A DNA stretch of 64,000 nucleotides from Candidatus Hydrothermarchaeales archaeon (GCA_036444275.1 JAZGAD010000012.1:1-64000), one strand, 5' to 3'; positions 30,446-41,444 are shown, numbered from the stretch's first letter. The notes: a model not told the origin generated them from the letters alone. A program made the numbers and translations.

Positions 30446-30520
30446 ATTAGGCCACGACTTTCCGTCGCTTCACTTCTTGCCTTGCCTTCGGCTCGGTTAT
30501 ATAGTCTGCAAACGTTAGGC
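30446..30520 (+). repeat. Degenerate attC-like element 1
   Basis: Ends TATAGTCTGCAAACGTTAGGC (GTTRRRY core 30514-30520), sharing its 3' part with elements 2 and 3; 5' RYYYAAC not evident. Confidence 0.45.
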
Positions 30521-30560
30521 ATTGCAAAAGAACAAATGTAGAAATTGAGGAGGTAAACCC

Positions 30561-31781
30561 ATGGGAGAACCGTTTGGCGAAAAAGAAGATAGAAAGAAAG
30601 TTCTGAAGGGTCTGATAAAGAGATTGCATGAAGGTGCAAATCCCGAGGATCTAAAAGAAGAATTTAAAGAAGTGATAGAAGGTACCACGCCGACTGAGAT
30701 CTCCAAGATAGAAGAAGAACTTATACAAGAAGGCATGCCGAGGGAAGAACTCCTGAGACTCTGCGATGTTCACATTGCTGTCCTCAGAGAGCCGCTTGAA
30801 AAAAAGAAGACTGTAGCACCTGCAGGACACCCGATCCATATCCAGATGGAAGAGCACAAAATACTCCTACAATTTGCCGATAAACTGAAAAATGTTGCAA
30901 AGGAGGTAGAGGGGGCAAAAGACTTCGAGTCTATTAGCGGAGAGATAGAACAATTAAGCCACATTGCAGAGCATTTTAAGGCATCAGAAAGCCACTATGT
31001 GCGAGAAGAAAATGTTCTTTTCCCGTATCTTGAGAAACATGGAATCACACAACCTCCGGCAATTATGTGGATGGAGCACGATAAGATAAGAGAGATTAAG
31101 AAAAATCTTTACAGACTTATCGATACGCACAAAGGCATGGGTTTTCAAGATTTTGCAAAACAACTGGGGGAAGTGGCGATATCCGTGTCTGATATGCTCT
31201 CGGATCATTTTTACAAGGAAAATAACGTTCTTTTTTCAACTGCTTTGGAGGTTATAGACGAAAATGAATGGAGGGATATACGACGTCAATTTGATGAACT
31301 TGGCTATTGTTGTTTCACTCCTGAACCTGCTAGGATACCTATCGAAGGGATTGAGGCACCGACTTCTAAACCTGAAGTAGAAGGCGTGGTTCCATTTGAA
31401 ACTGGTAACTTATCAAAAGAAGAGATTGAAGCAATTTTTAACACTTTACCAGTTGATCTCACTTTTGTAGATAAAGAGGATACTGTTCGGTACTTCAGCC
31501 AGTCCAAAGAAAGAATTTTTCCGAGAACAAAAGCGGTGATTGGTCGAAAAGTTCAGCAGTGCCATCCTCAAAAGAGCATACACGTTGTTAATAAGCTATT
31601 AGAGGATTTCAAAAGTGGTCAGAGGGACGTAGCTGAGTTTTGGATTAATCTGAAGGGCGGGTTAATATATATCCGGTATTTTGCTGTTCGCAATAAAAAC
31701 GGAGATTACGTGGGATGTTTAGAAGTAACCCAAGATATCGTAGATCTAAAAAAGATTGCGGGAGAAAAGAGATTATTATGA
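30561..31781 (+). CDS. DUF438 / hemerythrin / PAS-domain protein
   Basis: LCDVH, GHPIH..MEEH, HYVREENVLFPYLE, MWMEHD, LPVDLTFVD, CHPQKS. Confidence 0.9.
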   Translation: MGEPFGEKEDRKKVLKGLIKRLHEGANPEDLKEEFKEVIEGTTPTEISKIEEELIQEGMPREELLRLCDVHIAVLREPLEKKKTVAPAGHPIHIQMEEHKILLQFADKLKNVAKEVEGAKDFESISGEIEQLSHIAEHFKASESHYVREENVLFPYLEKHGITQPPAIMWMEHDKIREIKKNLYRLIDTHKGMGFQDFAKQLGEVAISVSDMLSDHFYKENNVLFSTALEVIDENEWRDIRRQFDELGYCCFTPEPARIPIEGIEAPTSKPEVEGVVPFETGNLSKEEIEAIFNTLPVDLTFVDKEDTVRYFSQSKERIFPRTKAVIGRKVQQCHPQKSIHVVNKLLEDFKSGQRDVAEFWINLKGGLIYIRYFAVRNKNGDYVGCLEVTQDIVDLKKIAGEKRLL

Positions 31782-31791
31782 TGGCAACATC

Positions 31792-31837
31792 GCCTAACAG
31801 AGTGTGTCTGGTTTCGTATAGCCCGATACCGTTATAC
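31792..31837 (+). repeat. attC-like element 2
   Basis: GCCTAAC...GTTATAC, 46 bp, 11 nt after a stop codon; 40/46 identical to element 3. Confidence 0.6.
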
Positions 31838-31900
31838 ACCATTGCCGAGGTTAATTATATCCTTTATAAAGTTGAAATCAAATAAAAGACCGGTGAGAAA

Positions 31901-32116
31901 ATGAGACAAATAAAAATAATAGTTGAAAAGCATCCCGAAGGCTATGTGGCATATCCTCTGGGGTTAAAGGGCGTGGTAGTTGGAGAAGGTGATACTTACG
32001 AGGAAGCGCTCGTGGATGTGAAATCTGCTATCAAGTTTCACATAGAAACTTTTGGAAAAGAGGCTTTTGGAACGGGGGAGATTATAGAAACCTTCGTTGC
32101 AGAAGTGGCGGTGTAA
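31901..32116 (+). CDS. hicB: HicB-family antitoxin
   Basis: VEKHPEGYVAYP.GLKGVVVGEGDTYEEAL. Confidence 0.88.
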   Translation: MRQIKIIVEKHPEGYVAYPLGLKGVVVGEGDTYEEALVDVKSAIKFHIETFGKEAFGTGEIIETFVAEVAV

Positions 32117-32352
32117 TGAAATTTCCGAGGGACGCGCCAAAACAGAAGGTTATAAAGACTTTCGAGATTCTGGGATTTAAAATCGTAAGAGTGGGAAATC
32201 ACATTTCAATGGTTAGAGAAAATCCAGATGGCGGCAAAACGCCTTTAACCATGCCAAATCACAAGAGGATAAAAGGCTCTACGTTAAGAACGATTTGTAG
32301 ACAAGGTGGAATACCAAGAGAGGAATTTCTAAAAGTCTATGAAAGAGTATAA
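32116..32352 (+). CDS. hicA: HicA-family toxin
   Basis: GFKIVRVGNHISM, LTMPNH, STLRTIC. Confidence 0.88.
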   Translation: MKFPRDAPKQKVIKTFEILGFKIVRVGNHISMVRENPDGGKTPLTMPNHKRIKGSTLRTICRQGGIPREEFLKVYERV

Positions 32353-32364
32353 GGTTGCAGCACC

Positions 32365-32410
32365 GCCTAACAGTGTGTGTCTGGCTTCGTATAGTCCGAA
32401 AACGTTATCC
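32365..32410 (+). repeat. attC-like element 3
   Basis: GCCTAACAGTGTGTGTCTGGCTTCGTATAGTCCGAAAACGTTATCC, 13 nt after the hicA stop. Confidence 0.6.
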
Positions 32411-32488
32411 TTCTATATAGTGGCTGATAGTGCCCAAAATAGAATGCAAATCGAAATACTTATAGTAACACGAATTCAATAAAAGAAT

Positions 32489-32617
32489 ATGCCTGGTTCG
32501 GTTACAATTGAAGACGTATACCAAGCGCTGAAGAGCTTGGAAGAGAAGATGGTTACACGAGAAGATATCGAAGCACTCATTGACTCAGTCAAAATCCTCA
32601 GTAAAAAAGATGACTAA
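32489..32617 (+). pseudogene. Truncated antitoxin-like ORF (42 aa)
   Basis: MPGSVTIEDVYQALKSLEEKMVTREDIEALIDSVKILSKKDD*; resembles the N-part of RelB-like antitoxins; collides with the convergent DUF61 stop. Confidence 0.45.
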
Positions 32618-33003
32618 CTCAAAGGGAGGGTGAACATATACTGTGTCGTAGTGGGAAGTTCCTTCCTGAGCTTTTTCAACTCGGGCTTATAGACAAAGAG
32701 CTCGTCTCCAACAGCTTCCTTCTCCAGCACGCTCGCCACTACCTTGCACTCCAACCTCCCAACTATCCTTGAGGTGCCCTCACCGTACTTGGCAGAGCTC
32801 ATCTCTATGTAGATGGGCAGCCTTAACCTAGAGTGTTCATCCACAGGTAAAATCGAGCCGATCTTCTCCAGCTCTTTCATATCAAAGAGATGCATGCTCC
32901 CATCACGGAGCGCTATCCTAGCTTTCTTCTCTCCCAGTAGGCTCTTCAGATCTCGCTTTTCCTTAGCGAGGTGCCTGTTGAGCATCTCAAGCTGCTTAGA
33001 CAC
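32614..33003 (-). CDS. DUF61 family protein
   Basis: LNRHL....SLL.E, RDGSMHLF...EL, LRLPIYIE, LPTTTQY; position after atpD is typical. Confidence 0.8.
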   Translation of the reverse strand: MSKQLEMLNRHLAKEKRDLKSLLGEKKARIALRDGSMHLFDMKELEKIGSILPVDEHSRLRLPIYIEMSSAKYGEGTSRIVGRLECKVVASVLEKEAVGDELFVYKPELKKLRKELPTTTQYMFTLPLS

Positions 33004-33055
33004 TATCCTAAGGCTTCTATCCCTATCCCCTATTCCTCTTATGTTAACCCCTCCG

Positions 33056-33703
33056 CTAGGCTTCCGCTTCCATAATTGCCTTTATCCTCTTGAGCTTGAA
33101 GAAGTTCTCCCTCTCCATTTCGTCGAGACGCATCTTTATGTACTTCACCGTAGCGTTCAACCTCGGTATGAGCACGTTCTCAAGGGCGTTGACTCTGCGC
33201 TTCGTAGCTTCTATGTGCTCTGCCAAGAGCTTTATTGACTCCTCTATCTCTGCCAGCTTAAAGACTGTTTCAAGAGCCTCCTCGAATTTCTCAGCCGCTT
33301 CATCTACTAGAGAAGATGTATCCACCAATCCATAGCCGCGTTCTACTACGCTATGCCGATGCCCTATCTCCTCCGCCCTCAAGACAGGAACTTTCACACC
33401 CATTATATTCCTATGAGCTATCTCCAGCTCGAAGCCCCCCTTCACAGCCAATGATGCCTCAGATACCTTCGCCGAGCCCAAGACCGCTTCTGCCAGGATG
33501 AGCTTCTCAAAGGCATCTGCCAGTAGTTCTTCAGCTTTTTTCCTCATCCCTCTCGCTTCCTCAAGGATGTTGAAGAACTCCATTATCAAGGCGTCCCTCT
33601 TCTCCTTCAGCAGGCGGTGGCCCTTCTCAGCCAGCTTCGCTCTATCCGCAAGCTTCAGGAGCTCCATCCTAGTCGGATTAACCCCTTCTATCAAATCAGC
33701 CAT
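33056..33703 (-). CDS. atpD: A/V-type ATP synthase subunit D
   Basis: [36 protein letters not shown]. Confidence 0.95.
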   Translation of the reverse strand: MADLIEGVNPTRMELLKLADRAKLAEKGHRLLKEKRDALIMEFFNILEEARGMRKKAEELLADAFEKLILAEAVLGSAKVSEASLAVKGGFELEIAHRNIMGVKVPVLRAEEIGHRHSVVERGYGLVDTSSLVDEAAEKFEEALETVFKLAEIEESIKLLAEHIEATKRRVNALENVLIPRLNATVKYIKMRLDEMERENFFKLKRIKAIMEAEA

Positions 33704-33720
33704 CGTTAATCACCCTAGGC

Positions 33721-35124
33721 TCACGCTTTTTTATATCCCGGATGAAATTCTTTGATATACTCTTCACTTACCCGCTTCAGCTCACGCTCCGGCAGGATGC
33801 TCAGCAACTCCCATCCTATCTCCAAAGTACGCTCTATAGTTCTGTCCTCCTCTTTGTCCTGAGCGACGAACTCCCTCTCAAAGCGGTCCGAGAACTCCAA
33901 GTACTTCCGGTCCTTCTCTGTAAGAGCTTCCTCTCCGACCACAGCAACTAGATCCCTGAGATCTCTTCCCTCAGCGTAGGCAGAATACATTTGATCGCTT
34001 ACATTGGCATGGTCCTTCCTGGTCTGACCTTCTCCTATACCGCCCTTCATAAGCCTTGATAGACTGGGTAGCACGTCTACAGGTGGGTATATGCCCTTTC
34101 TGTATAGCTCCCTAGATAGGACGAACTGCCCTTCTGTTATATACCCGGTGAGATCAGGTATTGGATGGGTTATGTCGTCGTCTGGCATTGTAAGAATTGG
34201 CATCTGGGTTATCGAGCCCTTCTTGCCGTGCACCCTTCCAGCGCGCTCGTATATAGTCGCAAGGTCGGTGTACATATATCCAGGATAGCCCCTTCTTCCG
34301 GGAACCTCGCTCCTAGCAGCTGCTATTTCTCGTAGAGCTTCGCAATAATTGGTCATATCTGTGAGGATGACAAGCACATGCATCCCCTGCTCGTAGGCAA
34401 AATATTCAGCTGCGGTAAGGGCCATCCTCGGTGTGATGATGCGCTCGATCGCTGGGTCGTTAGCTAGATTTAAGAAAGCCGTAACCCTCTCAAGTGCCCC
34501 AGTCCTCTTGAAATCCCTTATGAAGAAGCTTGCCTCCTCATAGGTTATACCCATGGCAGCGAAGATAACTGAGAACTCCTCCTCCTTGCCCAGTACCCGC
34601 GCCTGCCTGGCTATCTGGGCTGCAAGTTCGTTGTGCGGCAAGCCCGAGCCAGAGAATATTGGAAGTTTCTGTCCTCTAACCAAGGTGTTCATGCCGTCAA
34701 TAGTGGACACGCCGGTTTGGATGAAGTCCCGTGGGTATTCACGTGCAGTTGGGTTGGTTGGGTTGCCATGGATATCCAACTCATCTTCAGGTATGATCAT
34801 CGGGCTTTTATCGATGGGCCGTCCAGTACCGTCGAAGATCCTGCCCATCAGCTCCATGGAGACCGGCAGCTTAATTGTCGTGCCTGTGAACCTGGCCTTC
34901 GTCCTGCTTGCATCTATACCACGCGTCCCCTCGAAGACCTGTACCACTGCTCTGTCCTCTGCTATCTCCAGCACTTGGCCACGCCTCTTCTCGCCGGTGG
35001 CTGTCTCTATCTCCACTACCTCGCCAAAACCAACTCCTTTAACTCCCTCTACCACCATGAGTGGCCCAGCTACTTCGGTGACAGATGTGTACTCCTTGAA
35101 CCTCAGGGCAAGTTTGTCGGGCAT
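33721..35124 (-). CDS. atpB: A/V-type ATP synthase subunit B
   Basis: [48 protein letters not shown]. Confidence 0.97.
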   Translation of the reverse strand: MPDKLALRFKEYTSVTEVAGPLMVVEGVKGVGFGEVVEIETATGEKRRGQVLEIAEDRAVVQVFEGTRGIDASRTKARFTGTTIKLPVSMELMGRIFDGTGRPIDKSPMIIPEDELDIHGNPTNPTAREYPRDFIQTGVSTIDGMNTLVRGQKLPIFSGSGLPHNELAAQIARQARVLGKEEEFSVIFAAMGITYEEASFFIRDFKRTGALERVTAFLNLANDPAIERIITPRMALTAAEYFAYEQGMHVLVILTDMTNYCEALREIAAARSEVPGRRGYPGYMYTDLATIYERAGRVHGKKGSITQMPILTMPDDDITHPIPDLTGYITEGQFVLSRELYRKGIYPPVDVLPSLSRLMKGGIGEGQTRKDHANVSDQMYSAYAEGRDLRDLVAVVGEEALTEKDRKYLEFSDRFEREFVAQDKEEDRTIERTLEIGWELLSILPERELKRVSEEYIKEFHPGYKKA

Positions 35125-35125
35125 T

Positions 35126-36892
35126 TCACTCCTCCTCCGCGTTCACTAAACTATAGATCTGATGCTCCATCTTACCCTCTATCTCCTTCAATGTCTTGTC
35201 CAAATCCTTTTCATGCACATACTTAAGCCTAGCTATGTCGTCCTTCACACTGAGTTCGGCTATCTCACGGGCTAAGACACCCTCCTTGACAGCATCCAGG
35301 CTCTCCTCATAGAACTTGAGCATTATATTGAGCATCTTGAACTGCTTCTTGGCGCTGCAATAGGTATCCACCTCGTGGTAGGCGTTCTGCTGGAGAAAGT
35401 CCTCCCTTATAACTCTTGCTCCTTCCAGCACTATTCTCTCCCTCTCGGGCAGTGCATCCGGACCAACTAGCTGGACAATCTCCTGGAGCTCGGCCTCCTT
35501 CTGAAGCAGGGCCATGGCTTTACCACGCAGCTCCTTCCATTCCGGTGCCACTTCATTCCACCAATCCTCGAGACCCTCAAGGTATAGTGAGTAGCTCTTG
35601 AGCCAGTTGATAGCGGGGAAATGCCGCCTGTCAGCGAGAGAAGCGTCTAGAGCCCAGAAAACCTTGGTTATACGCAGAGTATTCTGAGTAACCGGCTCAG
35701 AGAAGTCGCCTCCAGGTGGTGAGACCGCACCCACTACTGTCAGGGAGCCAGTTCTGTTATTGCCGCCCAATGTTATGACTCTGCCGGAGCGCTCATAGAA
35801 ATCAGCCAGCCTAGAGGCCAGGTAAGCAGGGTAACCTTCTTCCCCCGGCATCTCCTCAAGCCGGCTGGAGATCTCCCTCATTGCTTCAGCCCAACGCGAG
35901 GTAGAGTCAGCCATTAATGCGACATCATAGCCCATATCGCGATAATATTCCCCAAGTGTCATCCCGGTATAGACGCTGGCATCCCTCGCAGCAACAGGCA
36001 TGTTAGAGGTATTGGCAATTAGTACAGTGCGCTCCATCAGGGACTTACCACTCTTCGGGTCCAAGAGATGTGGAAACTCCTCCAGCACCTCTGTCATCTC
36101 ATTGCCCCTCTCCCCACAGCCAACATATATGATGATGTCGGCGTCACACCACTTCGCCAGCTGATGCTGGCATACAGTTTTGCCACTCCCGAATGGTCCA
36201 GGAATGGCTGCTGTTCCACCCTTTGCCACTGGGAAAAACGTATCCAAGACCCTTTGCCCTGTGATAAGTGGTATGTTTGGAGGTTGCTTCTCGGTATAAG
36301 GCCTTCCGCTTCGAACAGGCCAGCGCTGAAGCATGGTGAGATCCCTCTTCCCGTCCTTTGTATCCAGTGTTGCTATGACCTCCTCCACCGTGTACTTCCC
36401 GCCTTTCGCTATGCTCTTGACCTTGCCCTCTACACCAGGCGGCACCATGATCCTGTGGGTAACAACTTCTGTCTCTTGAACCTCCCCAAGGAAGTCTCCC
36501 GGTCCTAAACTATCCCCCTTCTTAGCTAGAGGCTTGAACTCCCATTTCTTGTCCCTAGAAATAGGTGGGACATCTACCCCTCGGGTGATAAATATTCCAG
36601 TCTTTCCCTTGATGATCTCCAGCGGCCTTTGGATTCCATCGTAGATCATCCCCAGCACACCAGGTGCGAGTTCTACCGAAAGCTGTGCCCCAGTGCTCAT
36701 AACCGGTTCCCCCGGCTTTATGCCTGCAGTCTCTTCATATACCTGGATGGTAGCCGTGTCCCTCTCAAGCTCGATGATCTCTCCTATCAATCTCTCCTCC
36801 CCAACCTTGACGACCTCGTACATATGAGAACCCCTCATTTCCTTGGCCACAACAACCGGCCCAGCGACCTTTGAGATGCTTCCCTGTACCAT
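35126..36892 (-). CDS. atpA: A/V-type ATP synthase subunit A
   Basis: [36 protein letters not shown]; no intein. Confidence 0.97.
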   Translation of the reverse strand: MVQGSISKVAGPVVVAKEMRGSHMYEVVKVGEERLIGEIIELERDTATIQVYEETAGIKPGEPVMSTGAQLSVELAPGVLGMIYDGIQRPLEIIKGKTGIFITRGVDVPPISRDKKWEFKPLAKKGDSLGPGDFLGEVQETEVVTHRIMVPPGVEGKVKSIAKGGKYTVEEVIATLDTKDGKRDLTMLQRWPVRSGRPYTEKQPPNIPLITGQRVLDTFFPVAKGGTAAIPGPFGSGKTVCQHQLAKWCDADIIIYVGCGERGNEMTEVLEEFPHLLDPKSGKSLMERTVLIANTSNMPVAARDASVYTGMTLGEYYRDMGYDVALMADSTSRWAEAMREISSRLEEMPGEEGYPAYLASRLADFYERSGRVITLGGNNRTGSLTVVGAVSPPGGDFSEPVTQNTLRITKVFWALDASLADRRHFPAINWLKSYSLYLEGLEDWWNEVAPEWKELRGKAMALLQKEAELQEIVQLVGPDALPERERIVLEGARVIREDFLQQNAYHEVDTYCSAKKQFKMLNIMLKFYEESLDAVKEGVLAREIAELSVKDDIARLKYVHEKDLDKTLKEIEGKMEHQIYSLVNAEEE

Positions 36893-36917
36893 TCTCTATC
36901 ACCTTCACCTACTATTA

Positions 36918-37244
36918 CTATCCAACTTTTATCTCCACACCCACCGCTCTCCTCACCAATTCTCTTATGGGGTCAACCCTTTCGATGGGGCCCTTCTTAT
37001 CCGGAATCTCCACCACAAGGGGCACTGGTTTACCTTCGGTCAAAGCCTTTATATTTCCCTTGAGCCTATCAGCTAATCTCTCTGATATGATTATCACCCC
37101 AGTGTCCTTGTCCTTCATCAACGCCTTGAATATATCTAATGCTTCCTCCGGGCTCGCAACTGCATGGGAATCCCTAATGCCAGCCAATCGAAAGCCAACG
37201 GCGGTCTCGTTGTCCCCTATCACAGAAATCTTCATATCATCCAC
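36918..37244 (-). CDS. atpF: A/V-type ATP synthase subunit F
   Basis: VIGDNETAVGFRLAG, VEIPD, RRAVGVEI. Confidence 0.93.
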   Translation of the reverse strand: MDDMKISVIGDNETAVGFRLAGIRDSHAVASPEEALDIFKALMKDKDTGVIIISERLADRLKGNIKALTEGKPVPLVVEIPDKKGPIERVDPIRELVRRAVGVEIKVG

Positions 37245-37245
37245 T

Positions 37246-37860
37246 TCATCCGAACAGGATATTCGCAGCGTTCAGCCTGAGAGAGGGCTTCATTCTCTCC
37301 AAGCGAGTTTCCAAGAGGTTAGATACCTCGACTCCTCCCTTCATAGTCCGTACCACTGCACCGGGTCCATTTATCCTTGCATCTGCAATCGAAAGCTTGG
37401 CATCTACGCCTTTCCCTTTAAGAGTTTTAGAAATATTGTCCAGCCTCTTCTCAACGATTGTTTTATCCTCTTCCCTTACCAGGACTGCTATTTCTCCCCC
37501 GTCTATCTCGATGCATGCCTCTACAATGAGCTTTACTAAGACGTCCCCATAGTCTGGTGAAGCCACCAACTTTTGTAGTTCGCCTTCAGCTATATGGAAG
37601 GCTCTATTGATTATCTCTTCTCGTGCATTCAGCGTCTTCTTCCTAGCATTGATAGTTGCTTCTGCGATAATCCGCCTACGCTCTTGCTCTGCCTTCCTCT
37701 CAGCCTCCTTGATGATCCCTTCCTTCACGGTTTTAGCTCTAGCCCTAGCCTCACTCTCTATGTTTTTTGCTTCTTCTGTCCCCTGGGAGACGATTGCATC
37801 CTCTTTTTCCTTAGCCTCTGCAAGGATTCTCGAGGTTATCTTCTGCAGTTCTGCTTCCAC
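37246..37860 (-). CDS. atpE: A/V-type ATP synthase subunit E
   Basis: Coiled-coil N-terminus, GGVEVSNLLETRL C-terminus; operon position. Confidence 0.88.
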   Translation of the reverse strand: MEAELQKITSRILAEAKEKEDAIVSQGTEEAKNIESEARARAKTVKEGIIKEAERKAEQERRRIIAEATINARKKTLNAREEIINRAFHIAEGELQKLVASPDYGDVLVKLIVEACIEIDGGEIAVLVREEDKTIVEKRLDNISKTLKGKGVDAKLSIADARINGPGAVVRTMKGGVEVSNLLETRLERMKPSLRLNAANILFG

Positions 37861-37918
37861 TGAAATCCTTCCTTCTAGATAAAAAACAACAGTAAAAAAA
37901 CAAGAGTAACAAATAAAG

Positions 37919-39223
37919 TTATCGTTCGATGAAGTATGCGTTGTTCTTATCGTAACCTAGCTCTATAAATCTCCCGGTACTCAGAATGCGGTGGCTCTCT
38001 TGTATGGGTGCAACCCTCTTTTTAGGTCCTATTTCTGAGCCCCTGATGATAGTCACGCCCTCCCCAATTACGGGCGTCAAATCTTGATTGCCGATCACCA
38101 AATCTACGCCCAGCTTGCCATCGATTATGCTATCCTCTTCTATGGTTGCATACCGTCCTATGATGCAGTTATTCAACGTCACATTTTGCTTTATGTCTGC
38201 GAAGTCCAATACCACAGAATCTCGCACAGAGGAACCATCACCCAATACGCAGCTATCGCCTATGTATGAGTTCGCCACCTCCACATTCTCTCCTATCCTA
38301 CAGTCGCTTCCAATGATGACATTCCTCCCGATTTTAATGTCCTTGCCCGCTATGGCTTTAAGGGTAGAGGGATGCACCGCCCGGCCGTTCTCAAAGGGTG
38401 GCTGTGCGCCAAAGATCTTCGATAGTGTGGTCTGCCTGCTATCTATCTTAATCCTCTTGAGTTTTCCGCTTAGGATATCCATGGTGGTCTTCAAGAATAA
38501 TTCAGGCCTTCCTACGTCAGCCCAGTAGCCCTCGCACATATAACCATAGAGGGGGTATCCATGCCCTGCAAGATACGGAATGATGTCTGCTCCTATATCC
38601 TTAACCCGATCTCCCATTTCCCTGAATACTTCCCTTATCCTAGGGGAAAAGAGGTATATGGACGTATTTATGTACCTTGATGGAGGCTCACTGGGCTTTT
38701 CCACGAACCTCTTTATCTGCATGTCCTTGTCTACTTCGGCCACGCCGAACTGGCTGATGTCTTCACTCTTTTCTAGCTTCTTGAGGACGACAGTTAAGAG
38801 GTTGCCCTTTTTTCGATGGAATTTCATCAATCCTTTGAGATCAATGTCTAGGATATTGTCGCCACTGACCACAAGGATGTCTTTAGTGATGTCGAAGTAT
38901 TCCATGCAGAAGCGAACAGCATCCCCATTTCCCCTGTCGCAGTAATTCGGCTGGTACATGAATCTCGCATCCGGGCGCAGGCGGAGCCTTCTAGAAAATC
39001 CTTCACCCCTCTTGAAGTACTCCTTGAAGCGAGTTGAGTTCTCCATGCCTTTGCTGGCCAGGATAAACTCCCTACAATCTTGCAGAGCTAGGGTCTCCAG
39101 TGCCCTACTCAATATTGCCTCTCCGCACATACTCAAAAGCGGTTTTGGCTGCTTAAGGGTGAGCGGATACAGTCTCGTACCTTCTCCTCCAACTGTCGCT
39201 ATAACTACCGGTGCCTCCATCAT
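37919..39223 (-). CDS. NDP-sugar synthase (sugar-1-phosphate nucleotidyltransferase with hexapeptide repeats)
   Basis: GGEGTRLYPLT..PKP, SGDN, FGVA, FVEKP, YWADVG, left-handed beta-helix tail. Confidence 0.88.
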   Translation of the reverse strand: MMEAPVVIATVGGEGTRLYPLTLKQPKPLLSMCGEAILSRALETLALQDCREFILASKGMENSTRFKEYFKRGEGFSRRLRLRPDARFMYQPNYCDRGNGDAVRFCMEYFDITKDILVVSGDNILDIDLKGLMKFHRKKGNLLTVVLKKLEKSEDISQFGVAEVDKDMQIKRFVEKPSEPPSRYINTSIYLFSPRIREVFREMGDRVKDIGADIIPYLAGHGYPLYGYMCEGYWADVGRPELFLKTTMDILSGKLKRIKIDSRQTTLSKIFGAQPPFENGRAVHPSTLKAIAGKDIKIGRNVIIGSDCRIGENVEVANSYIGDSCVLGDGSSVRDSVVLDFADIKQNVTLNNCIIGRYATIEEDSIIDGKLGVDLVIGNQDLTPVIGEGVTIIRGSEIGPKKRVAPIQESHRILSTGRFIELGYDKNNAYFIER

Positions 39224-39354
39224 CTCACCCCAAAGTGTATTTTGACTGCAGTATTAAAAAAAGTTTTCATTACTACGTACATCACTAAGCATTGCTTATC
39301 AATGATATTAACTCTTCCTAAGCAGACAAACATTTGGAAGAACGGAGTGAGATA

Positions 39355-40104
39355 TTAGTTTGTTATTGGGATGATCCTTTCAAATAATTCATCATATTCT
39401 TGGGGATGCGTCAGATAATCAAACAGCGCTGGGTCCTTCCTTATTAAGCCGTACATCTCCTCCCCTTTCTTTAGGCCAAGCTCCGAGAGATTTGTAGGTT
39501 CTAACCTGCGCAATTCAGGCACTGCCTCATAGCTCCTGTTCTTGATGAAGCTATCATGTAGCTTGTAGTAGGCTGCTCCTCCCATCCTCTTGTAAGGCTC
39601 ATAGATAGAAGAGAAGTCCCTTGCAACGAAGTTAGCCATCTTTAGAGTATTATTCGAGGGATTTATTGTCACGTGCCCATAGCCAGGTGGAATAATAGCT
39701 TTATCCCCTTTCTCAGCCTCTATCACTACAGCCTCTATGATTCTTTCTTCCTCTTTTCCTGCCTCGGGCTTCTGAAGTAGAAAGTGCGCGGTACCCGCGA
39801 GGACCTCGTAGAGCTCTGGATAGGTAACCCCGGTTCCAGGCACAAGGGGATGGTAGTGGCCTGCTGTCTTCACAAACTCGGCTCCAAGCATCCTTGGAGG
39901 TATAACCGTTATGTCATAGCGGAGGCCCCTCTCTCTGAGAGTCTCTTTATCTGGTCTGCTTAGATATAGATCCCGGTACATATAGTAAAGTTCTTGATTT
40001 CCAGTACTCTTCAAATACTCTTTGTCATAGAGCACTTCGCTCATATCGTAAAGCATCCTTATCTGGGGCTTTGCCTCCAGATTTCCCCTCCTTATAGCCG
40101 TCAC
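39355..40104 (-). CDS. pgiA: Cupin-type glucose-6-phosphate isomerase
   Basis: LRYDITVIPP, KTAGHYH, ELYEVL.G, IPPGYGHVTIN. Confidence 0.88.
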   Translation of the reverse strand: MTAIRRGNLEAKPQIRMLYDMSEVLYDKEYLKSTGNQELYYMYRDLYLSRPDKETLRERGLRYDITVIPPRMLGAEFVKTAGHYHPLVPGTGVTYPELYEVLAGTAHFLLQKPEAGKEEERIIEAVVIEAEKGDKAIIPPGYGHVTINPSNNTLKMANFVARDFSSIYEPYKRMGGAAYYKLHDSFIKNRSYEAVPELRRLEPTNLSELGLKKGEEMYGLIRKDPALFDYLTHPQEYDELFERIIPITN

Positions 40105-40107
40105 TGG

Positions 40108-41274
40108 TCACAACTCCTTGTAAACCCTCTCCATCTTTCCAGCTACCTTGGACCAGGCAAATTCCTGCATCACCTTTTTCCTGCCATTCTGCCCGAGTTC
40201 TTTGACGTAGTTGGGGTCGTCGACTATATAGTCTATCCCCCAGGATATGGATTCAGGGTAGTGAAATACCTTTATGCCGTTCTTGAAATTATCGATATTC
40301 TCTGACAAACCCCCTACATCTGCGGCGACAGGAGCGCTGCCAGCTGACCATGCTTCTAGCAGTATCATGCCGAAGGGCTCGTTCCTGCTTGGTATTGCCA
40401 CGATGTCGCAGGCGTTCAAGAGGACTACACGCTCTTCGTCGGAGATATAACCTGGAAACCTTACGGCATGGCTTATTCCCAGTTCATGAGCCCTATACTG
40501 CATATGTCCTCGCATATCACCTTGCCCGGCGATGATGAAACAGGCGTCGCGCCTATGCCCTAGAACATGGGGTATTGCCTCCACTAAAAGGTCAGGCCCC
40601 TTTTGACGCACCAGCCGTCCAATAAAGAAAACAAGAGGCGCTAGAGGATGAATGCCATACCTCTCTTTCACCCTTCCAGCATCCAGATTCCTTTGGTACA
40701 TCGTGGGATCAATTCCGTTAGGGACTACGTCTATTTTTTCTCCTGGTGTTTGGTATAACTGCATAAGCTCCCTCTTCATAGTCTGCGAAACAGTGGTTAC
40801 CCTATCTGCGATATAGCCACCGTACCACTCCTTGCCGGAGATCTCCCGGTATTCCCACCATTCCCCGAACTCACCGCCGTTTCTACCGTATTCAGTGGAG
40901 TGAAATGTTAAAATCGATGGTCTCCGACCCTTGAGTTCATGCAGGGCATCTACCATATGCCAGTCGTGGCCGTGTACAAGGTCAAACCTGCTGTTTTCAT
41001 CTTCCACCGTGGATAACCGCTGGAGCATAGCCATACTCATATTGTGACAGTAGTGGAGGATATTTCCACCAGGGTCAAAGATACAGCGATGATAGTGCAC
41101 CCCATTTATTTCATCATCGCTACTCTGCCCTTCTCCCATTCTTGTGAAAAAATGCACTTCATGGCCTTTCCTGCTTAGGCTCTCGGCGAGCCCCGTAACC
41201 GCCGGTGCTTGACCACCCGTGCGCACTGAATACATGGATTCCCATGAAAAAATAGCTATTCTAAGAGTTTCCAT
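40108..41274 (-). CDS. GT4 glycosyltransferase (glycogen-synthase-like)
   Basis: SWES....TGG, HGHDWH, HSTEYGR, GRLV.QKG, PSRNEPFG. Confidence 0.9.
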   Translation of the reverse strand: METLRIAIFSWESMYSVRTGGQAPAVTGLAESLSRKGHEVHFFTRMGEGQSSDDEINGVHYHRCIFDPGGNILHYCHNMSMAMLQRLSTVEDENSRFDLVHGHDWHMVDALHELKGRRPSILTFHSTEYGRNGGEFGEWWEYREISGKEWYGGYIADRVTTVSQTMKRELMQLYQTPGEKIDVVPNGIDPTMYQRNLDAGRVKERYGIHPLAPLVFFIGRLVRQKGPDLLVEAIPHVLGHRRDACFIIAGQGDMRGHMQYRAHELGISHAVRFPGYISDEERVVLLNACDIVAIPSRNEPFGMILLEAWSAGSAPVAADVGGLSENIDNFKNGIKVFHYPESISWGIDYIVDDPNYVKELGQNGRKKVMQEFAWSKVAGKMERVYKEL

Positions 41275-41444
41275 TTAGATGCTCCCTTGGTTATCCTTTT
41301 TACCCTGCCATTGTGCTGCGCGAAAGTCTAATCAGAGCTCTGCCTATCTCCACGTTTTTCAAGTATATTTGAAGATGCAAAAGGTATGTAAAATATAAAT
41401 AGTCTTCGTAGTCTTCACAATTTAATAAAAAGGAGAGAGTCGAA

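Noticed and set aside
31792-32410. Possible CRISPR repeats
   Set aside because: Only 2-3 copies separated by whole genes, and no cas genes; no CRISPR array was seen anywhere in the window.
35126-36892. Intein in atpA
   Set aside because: Normal 588-aa length with a continuous [14 protein letters not shown] motif.
34553-37539. Long plus-strand ORFs (198, 197, 146 and 222 aa) over the ATPase genes
   Set aside because: Antisense shadows of atpB/A/F/E.
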